A stretch of DNA of 64,000 bases from an uncultured delta proteobacterium (GTDB taxonomy: Bacteria > Desulfobacterota > Desulfomonilia > Desulfomonilales > Desulfomonilaceae). Shown one piece after another: positions 10,071-19,311 of this stretch (the stretch's first letter is position 1; every line of letters begins with the position of its first letter). A model generated the notes under the pieces. That model made no database searches. It was not told the DNA's origin and saw nothing but the letters and a program-made list of their open reading frames with translations. The stretch spans positions 1,248,001 to 1,312,000 of the forward strand of contig CAWBKB010000001.1 of assembly GCA_963789265.1 (NCBI GenBank). The letters are read 5' to 3'. The position numbers and the translations under genes were made by a program.

Positions 10071-10256
10071 ACAGTCCCTCCCGCCACTTTAAAATTATTG
10101 TAACTCGATTCCTGGAAAGGTTTCAAGAGCAGTTGGCTCGGCCGCGTCTTCCCTCGACAGAGACTCAAGCAATCGTATACTTTAATCATAGAGGTGATTT
10201 CGACAGAAAATCAACCGAGATCGTATGCATTCAGTTACTGCCGGAATTTGCGGGTG

Positions 10257-10341
10257 GTGGGGTGGGCTTTCCAGCCCGCCATTGAACGGGGGGTTCCCCG
10301 GCAGGCTGTCCCGCGGAACTGCCCCACAAGGCTGAATGGTT
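10257..10341 (+). repeat. Dispersed ~90-bp REP-like element, copy 2
   Basis: Near-identical to 2137-2228. Confidence 0.85.
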
Positions 10342-10469
10342 ACCCGAGATCAGGATCGACATCTTCCTGGAGAGCCTTGGATTGAAGAAACCCCGCTCAT
10401 CGGGCAACACATAACCGCTGCGAAGGGGCCGAAGGGCGTTCGGGCTCTCAAGATAAGGAGGTTTCCTAT

Positions 10470-11246
10470 ATGATCACCGCAGGAATAGACTGTGGCGCCA
10501 AAGGCACGAAAACAGTCATTCTAAAGGACGGGAAAATAATCGGAAAGGCTGCCGTGCCAACCGGATTCGAGCAAGCTCAAGCCGTCAAGGAATCCTTCGA
10601 ACTCGCGTTGAAGGATGCCGGGATAACGAAGGATCAGATAGAACACATCGGCGGCACAGGCTCCGGCGCGAAATCCATTACTGAAGCCGATATAATGGTT
10701 AATGACATCAAGGCCATGGCCATGGCCGCACATTTCTCTTTTCCCAACGCTCGAACCGTTGCAGATATTGGTGCGGAAGAAAGTCGAGTCGCAAAATGTG
10801 ACGAAAACGGGAACGTGGAGGACTTCGTCATCAACGACAAATGTGCAGCAGGCGCCGGCGCGTTTATCGAAGCCATGGGACGGGCCCTTGAGACTTCTCT
10901 CAACGAGATGGGGCCTCTGGCCTTATCCTCGAACAATCCCATCCCCATGAATGCACAATGCACTATTTTTGCCGAATCCGAAGTAGTAGGGCTCATTCAC
11001 GCCAATACTGAAAAGAAGGACATCAGCAAGGCTATTCACGATGCCATGGCGAGCCGCATCGGTTCGATGATTCGTCGCATCGGTGTTACCCCTGACATCG
11101 TTATGATCGGCGGAGTGGCGTACAATCCGGGATTCGTCAGTGCTCTCCAGAAGGAACTTGCTGTGGACAAGATCTATATCCCGGATTGTCCTGAATTCGG
11201 GGCCGCAGTGGGAGCGGCCGCGGTCGCGGCGCGGGACGGCCGATAG
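10470..11246 (+). CDS. ASKHA-type ATPase of BcrAD/BadFG/HgdC family (BzdP-like benzoyl-CoA reductase activating subunit)
   Basis: GIDCGAKGTK, INDKCAAGAG, MNAQCTIFAESE motifs; upstream of BzdQ-like gene. Confidence 0.85.
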   Translation: MITAGIDCGAKGTKTVILKDGKIIGKAAVPTGFEQAQAVKESFELALKDAGITKDQIEHIGGTGSGAKSITEADIMVNDIKAMAMAAHFSFPNARTVADIGAEESRVAKCDENGNVEDFVINDKCAAGAGAFIEAMGRALETSLNEMGPLALSSNNPIPMNAQCTIFAESEVVGLIHANTEKKDISKAIHDAMASRIGSMIRRIGVTPDIVMIGGVAYNPGFVSALQKELAVDKIYIPDCPEFGAAVGAAAVAARDGR

Positions 11247-11279
11247 CAAGTATAGAAAGCGAGATCGAAGGATATACTC

Positions 11280-12167
11280 ATGGCTGAGGAACAAAAACGG
11301 GAATTCTGGAGGTGGTCAGAAACCAACTGGGTTGATCCCGATATAAAGTGGGAGGATGCCGAGTTCATCACAGTAGGGATTGATGTGGGATCGGTCAGTT
11401 CTCAAGCGGTAGTGATGGCTGACGGTCAATTCTATGCTTATGGCAACATGAGGACCGGCTCCGACAGCCCTAACAGCGCTCGAAACGCCCTCAAGTTTGC
11501 CCTGGAGAATACCACTTTAACCGAAGACAAGATCCATTATTGCATCGGCACCGGCTATGGGCGCGTCAACGTCCCGATGGCCGACAGAACCGTAACCGAA
11601 ATCGCTTGCCATGCAAGAGGGGCCAACTTCATCTACGGTCCCGCTGTACGGACCGTGCTGGATGTCGGAGGGCAGGACATCAAAGCCATCCGCTGTGATG
11701 ATAAAGGGAAGGTGACCAACTTCTTGATGAATGACAAGTGCGCGGCAGGAACCGGCCGAGGGATGGAGGTACTTTCAGATCTCCTCTCCGTGCCGATTGG
11801 TGATGTGGGTGACAGATCTTTTCAGATCGCCCACGAACCGAAACCTGTTTCGAGCACATGTGTGGTTTACGCCAAGTCCGAAGCGACAAGCCTGTTGCGG
11901 AAAGGACTTGATACCAATGAAGTCCTGGCTGCGTACTGCTCGGCAATGGCTGACAGAATCTACTCTCTTCTGGAGCGCGTCGGCGTGGAGCCGGAATTCG
12001 CCATAACCGGCGGCATGGCCAAGAATCGCGGAGTTGTCGACAGGCTGAAGAAAAAGTTGGGCCTGGAACCCATGAAGACCAAATGGGACACACAATTGGC
12101 CGGCGCGGCCGGCGCAGCACTATTCGGCCATGCTCTCTGCAAGAAGGGCAGAGCACGCGGTGAGTAG
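11280..12167 (+). CDS. bzdQ: Bzd-type benzoyl-CoA reductase subunit Q-like ATPase
   Basis: N-terminal EFWRWSE extension, GIDVGSVSSQAV, MRTGSDSP, TGYGR, EIACHARGA, MNDKCAAGTGR, SSTCVV. Confidence 0.8.
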   Translation: MAEEQKREFWRWSETNWVDPDIKWEDAEFITVGIDVGSVSSQAVVMADGQFYAYGNMRTGSDSPNSARNALKFALENTTLTEDKIHYCIGTGYGRVNVPMADRTVTEIACHARGANFIYGPAVRTVLDVGGQDIKAIRCDDKGKVTNFLMNDKCAAGTGRGMEVLSDLLSVPIGDVGDRSFQIAHEPKPVSSTCVVYAKSEATSLLRKGLDTNEVLAAYCSAMADRIYSLLERVGVEPEFAITGGMAKNRGVVDRLKKKLGLEPMKTKWDTQLAGAAGAALFGHALCKKGRARGE

Positions 12168-12253
12168 AGGACCTGTGCACGCATCCGGTAGGCCAGTGGG
12201 CCCACAGGGGTGGCCTCAAGTTCCAGTTCCCCTCCTCCACCATTAGATTGCTA

Positions 12254-12306
12254 GTGGGGCGGACTTTCCAGTCCGCCAAATCGCAGACAGGAAAGTCTGC
12301 GCCACA
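12254..12306. repeat. REP-like doublet (ACTTTCCAGTC family)
   Basis: gtggggcggactttccagtccgcc..gcagacaggaaagtctgcgccaca; related half-copy at about 4381-4404. Confidence 0.7.
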
Positions 12307-12408
12307 AGCTAGTTCCTGCGCGTAACTGAATAGCAACAAGTGGCGACTCAGGGACACCCTTCGCGGCCATGGTGACCCCCGGCCCATTCAAGAGACAGGA
12401 ATGAAATC

Positions 12409-12699
12409 ATGCTCGCTAACTACGGTTATAGTGACGGTTCAGGGAATTATTTCGTCACCATCGACACGGACAAGTGCAATGGTTGCCGTGATTGCGTGAC
12501 TGCCTGCCCCGCCGAGATCTTCGAGGTGGTGGACGAGGACCCGAACGATCCCATGAACGAGGAGCCTCTTGCCGTTGTCAGGCAAGACAAGAAGAAAAAG
12601 CTCAAGTACGAATGCGGTCCGTGCAAACCCCCGAAGGACAGACCCGAGCTTCCATGTATGGCGGCGTGCAAGGCCGGCGCTATCTCACACTCCTGGTAG
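12409..12699 (+). CDS. Ferredoxin of the type linked to bzd reductase genes (BzdM-like)
   Basis: MLANYGYSDGSG start; CNGCRDCVTACP; second split cluster CGPC...C...C; AISHSW end. Confidence 0.85.
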   Translation: MLANYGYSDGSGNYFVTIDTDKCNGCRDCVTACPAEIFEVVDEDPNDPMNEEPLAVVRQDKKKKLKYECGPCKPPKDRPELPCMAACKAGAISHSW

Positions 12700-12777
12700 A
12701 GCAGTTGCCAAAAATAATGTCCAATTGGAAAAACGAGATGAAGACCCCAGGAAGCCCGCCGACGGGCCTCCCCCCTC

Positions 12778-12860
12778 GTCATTCCGGCCAGCTCCGGACC
12801 GGAGTCCGGGGCAAGAGCCGGAATCCAGAATCTGGACTCCGGATCGGAGTCCGGGGTGAC
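12778..12860. repeat. REP/RPE-like palindrome (GTCATTCCGG..CCGGAATCCAG..CTGGACTCCGG..CCGGGGTGAC)
   Basis: Nested hairpins; same family as the hairpin interrupted by the MITE at 8419-8644. Confidence 0.7.
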
Positions 12861-13262
12861 GGACTCACTACCCCAAATCGGACAAAAATTTTGGCAATTG
12901 CTATAAGTGCATGCGGCGGAACAAAACGGAGGGGACAGACAAGGTGGCCGGTCCTACCGGAGGGGGGGTTAGGTCTTCGAGCGTCGTCCGCATCAAAATA
13001 CGCGACCGAAGCTATGAAGGAGGGCATTGAGCGCCGTCTCTCATTCTCCGATTCTCACTAATTGGAGAGCCGGACGAACACGTAGCTGAAGAATGAGATA
13101 TAATGGACAAAAGAGAATGCCTCGTTAGTCGTCAAGGTTTTCCCATCGCACGTTTTTCCCTTCGTCGCTGCGACCGGCGGGCATTCTCTATAATAATTTA
13201 GTCATATTGGACACGAAAGAGCCGAGTTGTCAGCGTCGTGAATATTCGTTTGAGGAGGTACT

Positions 13263-13826
13263 ATGATCAGGCAGGTTGAATACTTTGAGAAGCCCGGTAG
13301 GGAAAACACGTCTCGGTGTTTGGAGATAGTCTCCGGGCTTGTAGATGAAGGTTTCTCCCATCTCGTTGTGGCCACGACTGCGGGCGAAACCGGGTTGCTG
13401 TTCGCCAAGAAATTCGAGGGGAGGGCCTTGAGTATCGTGGCGGTTACACACAACGTAGGCTATGCAGGGCCAAATCAGGATGAATGCCCTGCTCAAGCAA
13501 GGCAGGAGTTGACCCGTCTCGGTGTCAAGATCTTCACCGGAGCCATTCTCAGTCGTGGAATCGAAGCCTCCTTCATGAAAAGGCATCAGGGGGTCTATTT
13601 GGGCTACATTGTCGCTCAAACGCTGAGACTGCTGGGCCAGGGCATAAAGGTTTGCGTTGAGATTGTTGTGGAAGCCTGCGACGCTGGCATGATACCGGAA
13701 GGGGAAGATATAATCGCGGTTGCCGGGACCGGAAAAGGCGCGGACACCGTGGCTATAGTCCAAGCTCATCCGTCCGACCGATTTCTTGACGTGCGGATCA
13801 GGCAAATCGTAGCCAAACCTTTATGA
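13263..13826 (+). CDS. Stand-alone pyruvate kinase C-terminal alpha/beta domain protein (MTH1675-like)
   Basis: YFEKPGRENT, VVATTAGETG, GQGIKVCVEI, AGTGKGADT motifs; RBS GAGGAGG. Confidence 0.85.
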   Translation: MIRQVEYFEKPGRENTSRCLEIVSGLVDEGFSHLVVATTAGETGLLFAKKFEGRALSIVAVTHNVGYAGPNQDECPAQARQELTRLGVKIFTGAILSRGIEASFMKRHQGVYLGYIVAQTLRLLGQGIKVCVEIVVEACDAGMIPEGEDIIAVAGTGKGADTVAIVQAHPSDRFLDVRIRQIVAKPL

Positions 13827-13938
13827 CACGCCGTGAAGACCGAGAGATCTGTTATTGGAAGCCGGACGGAGCGAGATTTTCTTCTTCGGCATGACGATAG
13901 CGTAAGAACTTCTTCTCAACCTGTGAAAGGAGTAGCCT

Positions 13939-14511
13939 GTGGATCTACACACTGCCATAACGGGACGCCGGAGCTGTCGCAACTTCTTGCCGGATGCCCT
14001 GAGCAAGGAAAACATTGAGCAGCTTCTTGAAGCCGCCACCTGGGCACCCTCTCCGGCCAACAATCAGCCGTGGGAATTCATGGTCATTGCCAGCCCCGAG
14101 CTCAAGGCAAAAATCTTTGCAGAAGCGGAAAACCGGCGACGGATGCTCTATGAGAAGAGCGGCTGGAAATGGCTGAACCGCTATGAAGTGGGCTTTATCA
14201 AAGAAGTGCCTGTGATTCTGGCCGTGATTGGAGATCCGAAGAAATCCGGGGCTGACATGTTCCTGAAGGATGGCGGCGTGGCCTACCAGCACACGTGCGC
14301 CGCGGCCATCCAGAATATTCTCTTGACGGCTCATTCCCTCGGTCTTGGAACCCTGTGGTTCACGCTGTTTGAGAAAGACGCTCTCCGCGAGATACTGAGC
14401 ATAGAACCGGAAAAAGATCCTTTAGCATTGATCTGTGTGGGCAAACCGGCAGGCGAACCGTTCCAGACTCCCAGAAAGACTGTTCAGGAAAAGACTACTT
14501 ACCGAGAGTAA
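13939..14511 (+). CDS. Nitroreductase family flavoprotein
   Basis: RRSCRNF, APSPANNQPWEF, AAAIQNILLTAHSLGLGTLW. Confidence 0.93.
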   Translation: MDLHTAITGRRSCRNFLPDALSKENIEQLLEAATWAPSPANNQPWEFMVIASPELKAKIFAEAENRRRMLYEKSGWKWLNRYEVGFIKEVPVILAVIGDPKKSGADMFLKDGGVAYQHTCAAAIQNILLTAHSLGLGTLWFTLFEKDALREILSIEPEKDPLALICVGKPAGEPFQTPRKTVQEKTTYRE

Positions 14512-14647
14512 AGTGAAAGAGTAAGTCAAGCTGACAGTTACAGAGAGGGTAGGGCGGGCGTTCCGGAGCCGGCCTCCCGCTTTCCGTGAGCCATTTTGAA
14601 CGGGACTAATACTGATTCGCTTTCAAACAAGTGACACCGTGTTTCTG

Positions 14648-14676
14648 GTAGGGGCGGGTTTCAAACCCGCCCTTAC
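14648..14676. repeat. REP palindrome GTAGGGGCGGGTTTCAAACCCGCCCTTAC
   Basis: GTAG-foot hairpin between convergent genes. Confidence 0.75.
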
Positions 14677-14737
14677 ATGTCGTCATGCCCGCGTACGCGT
14701 CCCGCGCGGGATGCTCCACCATATCCTCCCGGGATTG

Positions 14738-16947
14738 TTACTTGTGTGATAGCCCACTGGCATAAGGTAATCTTGCCAACGGCTTCCTGGGCACCAATTT
14801 TCCCATTGGTACTTTCTCAATAGCGCCATTAGTACCAGGAAAGAACACCGACATGGGGGATCTTAGGACAGGCCAATTGCCCTTCAAAACATTTACCGCC
14901 TTATCGCCCTCGAATACGAGATAGCTGTAGTTGTGGTAGTGCGGGAGTTTTCGTGCCAGCTCGCGGATGGCATCGGCCCGGTCACTGCCAATCCATGTCA
15001 AGGCAAGCTTGCTGTTTTTCGGATCCCTGACGGTCATGGCCACTGAGTGCCCCGTTTTCGGGACTCGATTTTCTCCAAGCGCCAAGATGTCGTGTTCGAG
15101 TCCGACGCCATATTTCGCCAATGGTGGAAACATTTGACTGCGAAAACGATTTTCCCATCCGAGAATTACGACTGAGGCATCCGATGGCAGTGTGTGCATT
15201 TCCGAATCCCTAACGACCTTCACCTCATCCGGGCCGGACTCACGCCAGGCTTGCGCGAGCCCTTGAAATGCCTTCATCAGGGTATCCGTGGCGGTGGACG
15301 GGAGCACTATCGTGAGTCTCTTGGCCCCGAAAACCTGCGACAACGCGGGGGGAACTTCTTCCGGCGAAAGCCTGCGGAAAAGGTCGAATTCTGGGTCCAC
15401 ATCTATCCGCAGAGGCAAGAGAGGTAACCTGAATTCCGCTTGGTGCCGCCTCTTCGTCATGCGCACCACGGTCTGATACGCACGATCTTGTCTCTTCATG
15501 GTTATCGCCACCGAAATATTCAAGCAGTAAGGTGCATCGGGCTGAACCTGTTCAAAAAGCACTTTGGCAAGATAACCCTTTCGTTCAGTCGTCACCCTGG
15601 CGTTACTTATCCTCAATTGCGGGGCGCCGGGTCTATCAATCCACTGGTGGAACACTCTGCTAAGATCTTTCCCGGAAACCGTTTCAAGGCTCTTGCGTAT
15701 GTCATCGAACGAGGCAAATTTAAATTTGTAGTTTTGGTAGAACCCGCGCAAACCCTTGACAAAAGCGTCGTCTCCGAGTTCCGTCCGCAACATGTGGAAA
15801 AACATGAGAGCCTTTCCATAGCCAATCGCTTCGGTGGCGGTACTGTGGCGAGATCTGAATTTGGTCAGCGGAAAATCTTTCCCTTGGGACACGTAGTCCG
15901 CGAACTTCTGTAAGACATCCCGTCGATACAGGCGTGCGGTGCCTCGCTGTTCCTGCATGAGATGATCGGCAAGGTATGCAGTCAGTCCCTCTGACCAATT
16001 TCCATTTCTCGAGTCGGGAAAGACGCCGTTCCCCCACCAATTGTGCAATATTTCATGAGGATAGGATGTGTAGACAATGAATGGCAGGCGGATCACTTTC
16101 GGCCCCATGAGTGTGAAGGACGGCATTCCATAACCTGTCTCCCAGAAATTCTCCACCAGTGCAAACTTCTTGTACGCATACGGCCCGATCATCTTTTCGT
16201 ACATGTCGAGGTATCGAGCGGCAGCAGCGAGATACGTGTCGGCAATTTTTCGGTCGTCCTCGCGCAAAAAGACCATCAATTCAATGTCTCCAGCCGCCCG
16301 GGCGTATTCAAAAAATCTTGCAGCAACAGCGAAGATCTCTTCCTGGGGATGTTCACATCGCCAGGTCACGCATTTGACATCGCCTTCCACCTGGTGTGAT
16401 GTGCGTTTCCCTGGCTCACGACGTCCCAGTCTCGTGGCAAATTGACTTCGAGGGTGAATGTTATCAACCCCTCCCCGAATTGGGGATACCAGTGCGAAAC
16501 TCCGGCTAGAAATACTCCTTCTTTTGAAATCATGCCTGGAGTGTCCCGCATACCTCCTGCGATTTCCTGTCCCGAAGTAGAGAGCGGATGGTAGATTTCT
16601 CCATCGAATTTGAGAACGAATGTCCTCGTACCCTCCGGCAGAGTGACACGGTAAGACTCAATCGGAACCTCTTGTTGCCCTCCGGACTCCCGAACTGCGG
16701 TCACGTTGGGTGTCAGAGAGACCGGTTCAAGTCCCTTGTGCAACGAGAAGTGAAGGACCCGCGGCCGGCTTTCAGGAACCGTGATCGTATCTTCAGCAGT
16801 GAAACGACGGCCTTCGGGGTCTAAAAAAACCTTGAGTTCATGATTGATGAGCGAATTGTCCCGGGACGAGTCATTTGCGACCGCAATTTCAGGCTTCACG
16901 ATCGCCGGCAAGAGCAAAACCAGCATAGTGAAAAGCACTCTTCGCAT
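14738..16947 (-). CDS. Exported M1-family zinc aminopeptidase; frameshift at about 16406-16408
   Basis: Signal peptide; HEILHNWWGN...EGLTAY (HExxH-x18-E); one missing base joins ORFs 16366..16947 and 14738..16390. Confidence 0.85.
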
Positions 16948-17061
16948 TGGATACTTTCATTTCCCTTCGCCACGGTCTCACCAATCACCCCCATTGATCC
17001 CCCTGTGGCGATCCGTTATGATAATCATGACACCGAATCAATCAAGGGGATTTGGGGCTTG

Positions 17062-17748
17062 TCAAGACTCTTCTTCCGACGACACTTCGATACAATCAGG
17101 AGCATCATAGCCGGCTTTGTTCACTTTGGGGTTGGCCGGAAGTGCTACCATCTCGTTCGATGGATAGGGGCGCAGGAGAGGATTCAATATCTTGGGTTCC
17201 TTGACCTCTGTGTCAAGCCACAGGTCATAGTCCTCCGGTTTGAGTATCACCGGCATCCGGTCATGGATAGGTCGAGTCAAATCGTTGGCATCGGTAGTGA
17301 GAATTGTACACGATTCGATGGTCTCACCCTCCGGTCCCTTCCAGCTTTCCCAAAGCCCCGCGAAAGCAAAGGGACTTCCCTCAGCATTTCTGACAAGATA
17401 GGGTTGTTTCTGTTTTCCTTCTGTCTTCTTCCATTCATAAAAACCGTCTGCAGGTACAAGGCATCTCCTGGTCTTGAAAGCTGACCTAAACGCCGGTTTC
17501 TCCGCGGCACTTTCTCCCCTTGCGTTTATGAGTCTATTTCCAATTGAGGTGTCCTTAGCCCAAAACGGGATGAGACCCCATTTGACCTGTACCAAGCGTC
17601 TCTGAAGCGTATCCCGGTCTAGTCTTATTATCACTACCATCTGCGTGGGAGCGATGTTGTAGCGAGGTTGCAGATCGGGGACTTCTTCCAGCCCGAAACG
17701 TTCCGCCAGGTCTTTGGCTAGCGTCATCAGTACCAATCTCCCGCACAT
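17062..17748 (-). CDS. SOS-response-associated peptidase (SRAP; YedK/HMCES-like abasic-site protein)
   Basis: MCGR start, RYNIAPTQ, WGLIP, INAR, GFYEW, IHDRMPVIL. Confidence 0.95.
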   Translation of the reverse strand: MCGRLVLMTLAKDLAERFGLEEVPDLQPRYNIAPTQMVVIIRLDRDTLQRRLVQVKWGLIPFWAKDTSIGNRLINARGESAAEKPAFRSAFKTRRCLVPADGFYEWKKTEGKQKQPYLVRNAEGSPFAFAGLWESWKGPEGETIESCTILTTDANDLTRPIHDRMPVILKPEDYDLWLDTEVKEPKILNPLLRPYPSNEMVALPANPKVNKAGYDAPDCIEVSSEEES

Positions 17749-17832
17749 TTTGGATTCCCCAAGCAAAGAATTCCATTTCCAGACTATAACATTATGCATT
17801 ATAAAGGAGTTTTACAATTAGAGGAGGTAACT

Positions 17833-18126
17833 GTGGCACTGACCAAGGCAGGCATAGCCCCAAAAGTCGCCAATGACTGCGGGTTCATGAAAGACCAAGC
17901 GATGGAAATGGTTGAAAAATTGCTAGAAATCATGAAGAAGAGTCTCATCGCTGGGGAAAACGTAATCATTTCTGGCTGCAGTAAGTGGAATGTCAGATCC
18001 AAACACGCTCGGAGGGGTAGGAACTCCAAGACCGGCGAGGAGATGGTGCTTGATCCCCGGAGGGTTGTGACGAGGAGTTATTCTCCTTGCTCGAAGATCG
18101 CTGTAAATAGGGGCTTGAAGAAATGA
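17833..18126 (+). CDS. IHF-alpha/HU-like DNA-binding protein, divergent or decaying copy
   Basis: ALTKA..., ARRGRNSKTGEE; GFG motif appears as GCS and the intercalating Pro (RNP) as Ser; RBS GAGGAGG. Confidence 0.75.
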   Translation: MALTKAGIAPKVANDCGFMKDQAMEMVEKLLEIMKKSLIAGENVIISGCSKWNVRSKHARRGRNSKTGEEMVLDPRRVVTRSYSPCSKIAVNRGLKK

Positions 18127-18509
18127 AGAAAAGAGAAAGTGTGAAGCGAGATTTCACGGAAAACATGATAAACCACGCGGTCCTCAATCATTGGTGGGAA
18201 CTCGTTCGGGCTGTGGAGTCCATACGAAACAACAGGGATGACCGGCTAGCCGGTTTTAATCTTGGCACAGCAATCCAAGGTCTTATATGTCTGAGCCTTG
18301 AATATGGAACTCATCGGTTATTGAAGGCTCTGCCACCTGAACAAAGGCACCGGTTGGAAACCATCATAGTAGATGGGACAGAGTTAGCCAGAGATGCTTT
18401 TGAAAATGGGACGCCTCTTTTTGAGGGGATGGATTTCCCCACGGCAGACAGCATTTTTGAACTCATTTCAGGAATAAGCCTTCGGAATTATGCGCTTGAC
18501 AAGCCCTGA
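18123..18509 (+). CDS. Hypothetical protein
   Basis: 128-aa ORF overlapping the IHF-like stop (ATGA). Confidence 0.55.
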   Translation: MKKRESVKRDFTENMINHAVLNHWWELVRAVESIRNNRDDRLAGFNLGTAIQGLICLSLEYGTHRLLKALPPEQRHRLETIIVDGTELARDAFENGTPLFEGMDFPTADSIFELISGISLRNYALDKP

Positions 18510-18872
18510 GGCCAGCCAAACGGATACTTGTCAAAGAACCTCTCTCCACGAGAAGTACAGGCTACCGTGTGTTGTACGTATCCTGTAGGCCCGCCCAAAG
18601 CCGTCTCGGTCCACAAATGCCCCATCGGTTGGGGAGGCCAGGATCGCCGCTAAAATCCTTGCCGCAAATCTCATCATGGTAACCAGCTTGTTCATTTGCC
18701 GACTCCCCTCCCGTCGAAGTCTCGTCGTTGTCCTCATTTGTCGTAATCGGCCAAGGCAGGTGACACAAGGTATGCCAACGGAGAAAAATAGATGTACTTC
18801 GGGATCTTCCGCGACGCTCCGCCCGTATCCTGTAACCCTTCAGTTACAGGCGGCGGATGCTCCATCCGGCCA

Positions 18873-18952
18873 TGTCATTGCGAGCGCAGCGAAGCAATCT
18901 CCCAGCCTGTCCAAGAGGGGATTGCTTCGTCGTTTCACTCCTCGCAATGACA
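18873..18952 (+). repeat. RPE-like palindrome TGTCATTGCGAG..GCAATCT..GATTGCTTCG..CTCGCAATGACA, copy 1
   Basis: Arms near-identical to 60520-60600, different loop. Confidence 0.85.
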
Positions 18953-19311
18953 CCGTCGACAGAATTCTCCCCGCGGAATTGAATGCTTGCTGTATCCTGC
19001 AAATAAGCCTTTACAATTCAAGTTATTAAAGACATACTACGCACCGCAGGGTTCTCCCAGGAATAACAACCAATACGATTCCGATTTTCCAGAGGGGGTA
19101 TTCATGAACGGACGTAGGCACTGGTTCAGTTGATGAGGGTGGCTCGAACGTTCATCTTTTGCCTATAGGGGATTCTTTCCGCCATTATCCGGTGTCACGT
19201 TTCATTCGCAAATACGACTAAAGAGTTTTGATGTCCGAATAATCTGATCCGAAGATAAGGTTCACGCTGGTTTATGAGGGAAACCACTCAAGGATGTTTC
19301 AGGAGGCTGCC

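Noticed and set aside
18531..18780. Small minus-strand ORF (MNKLVTMM...) with a sigma54-like motif upstream
   Set aside because: Only 54 aa, no motif, and the promoter lacks the -12 GC; insufficient support
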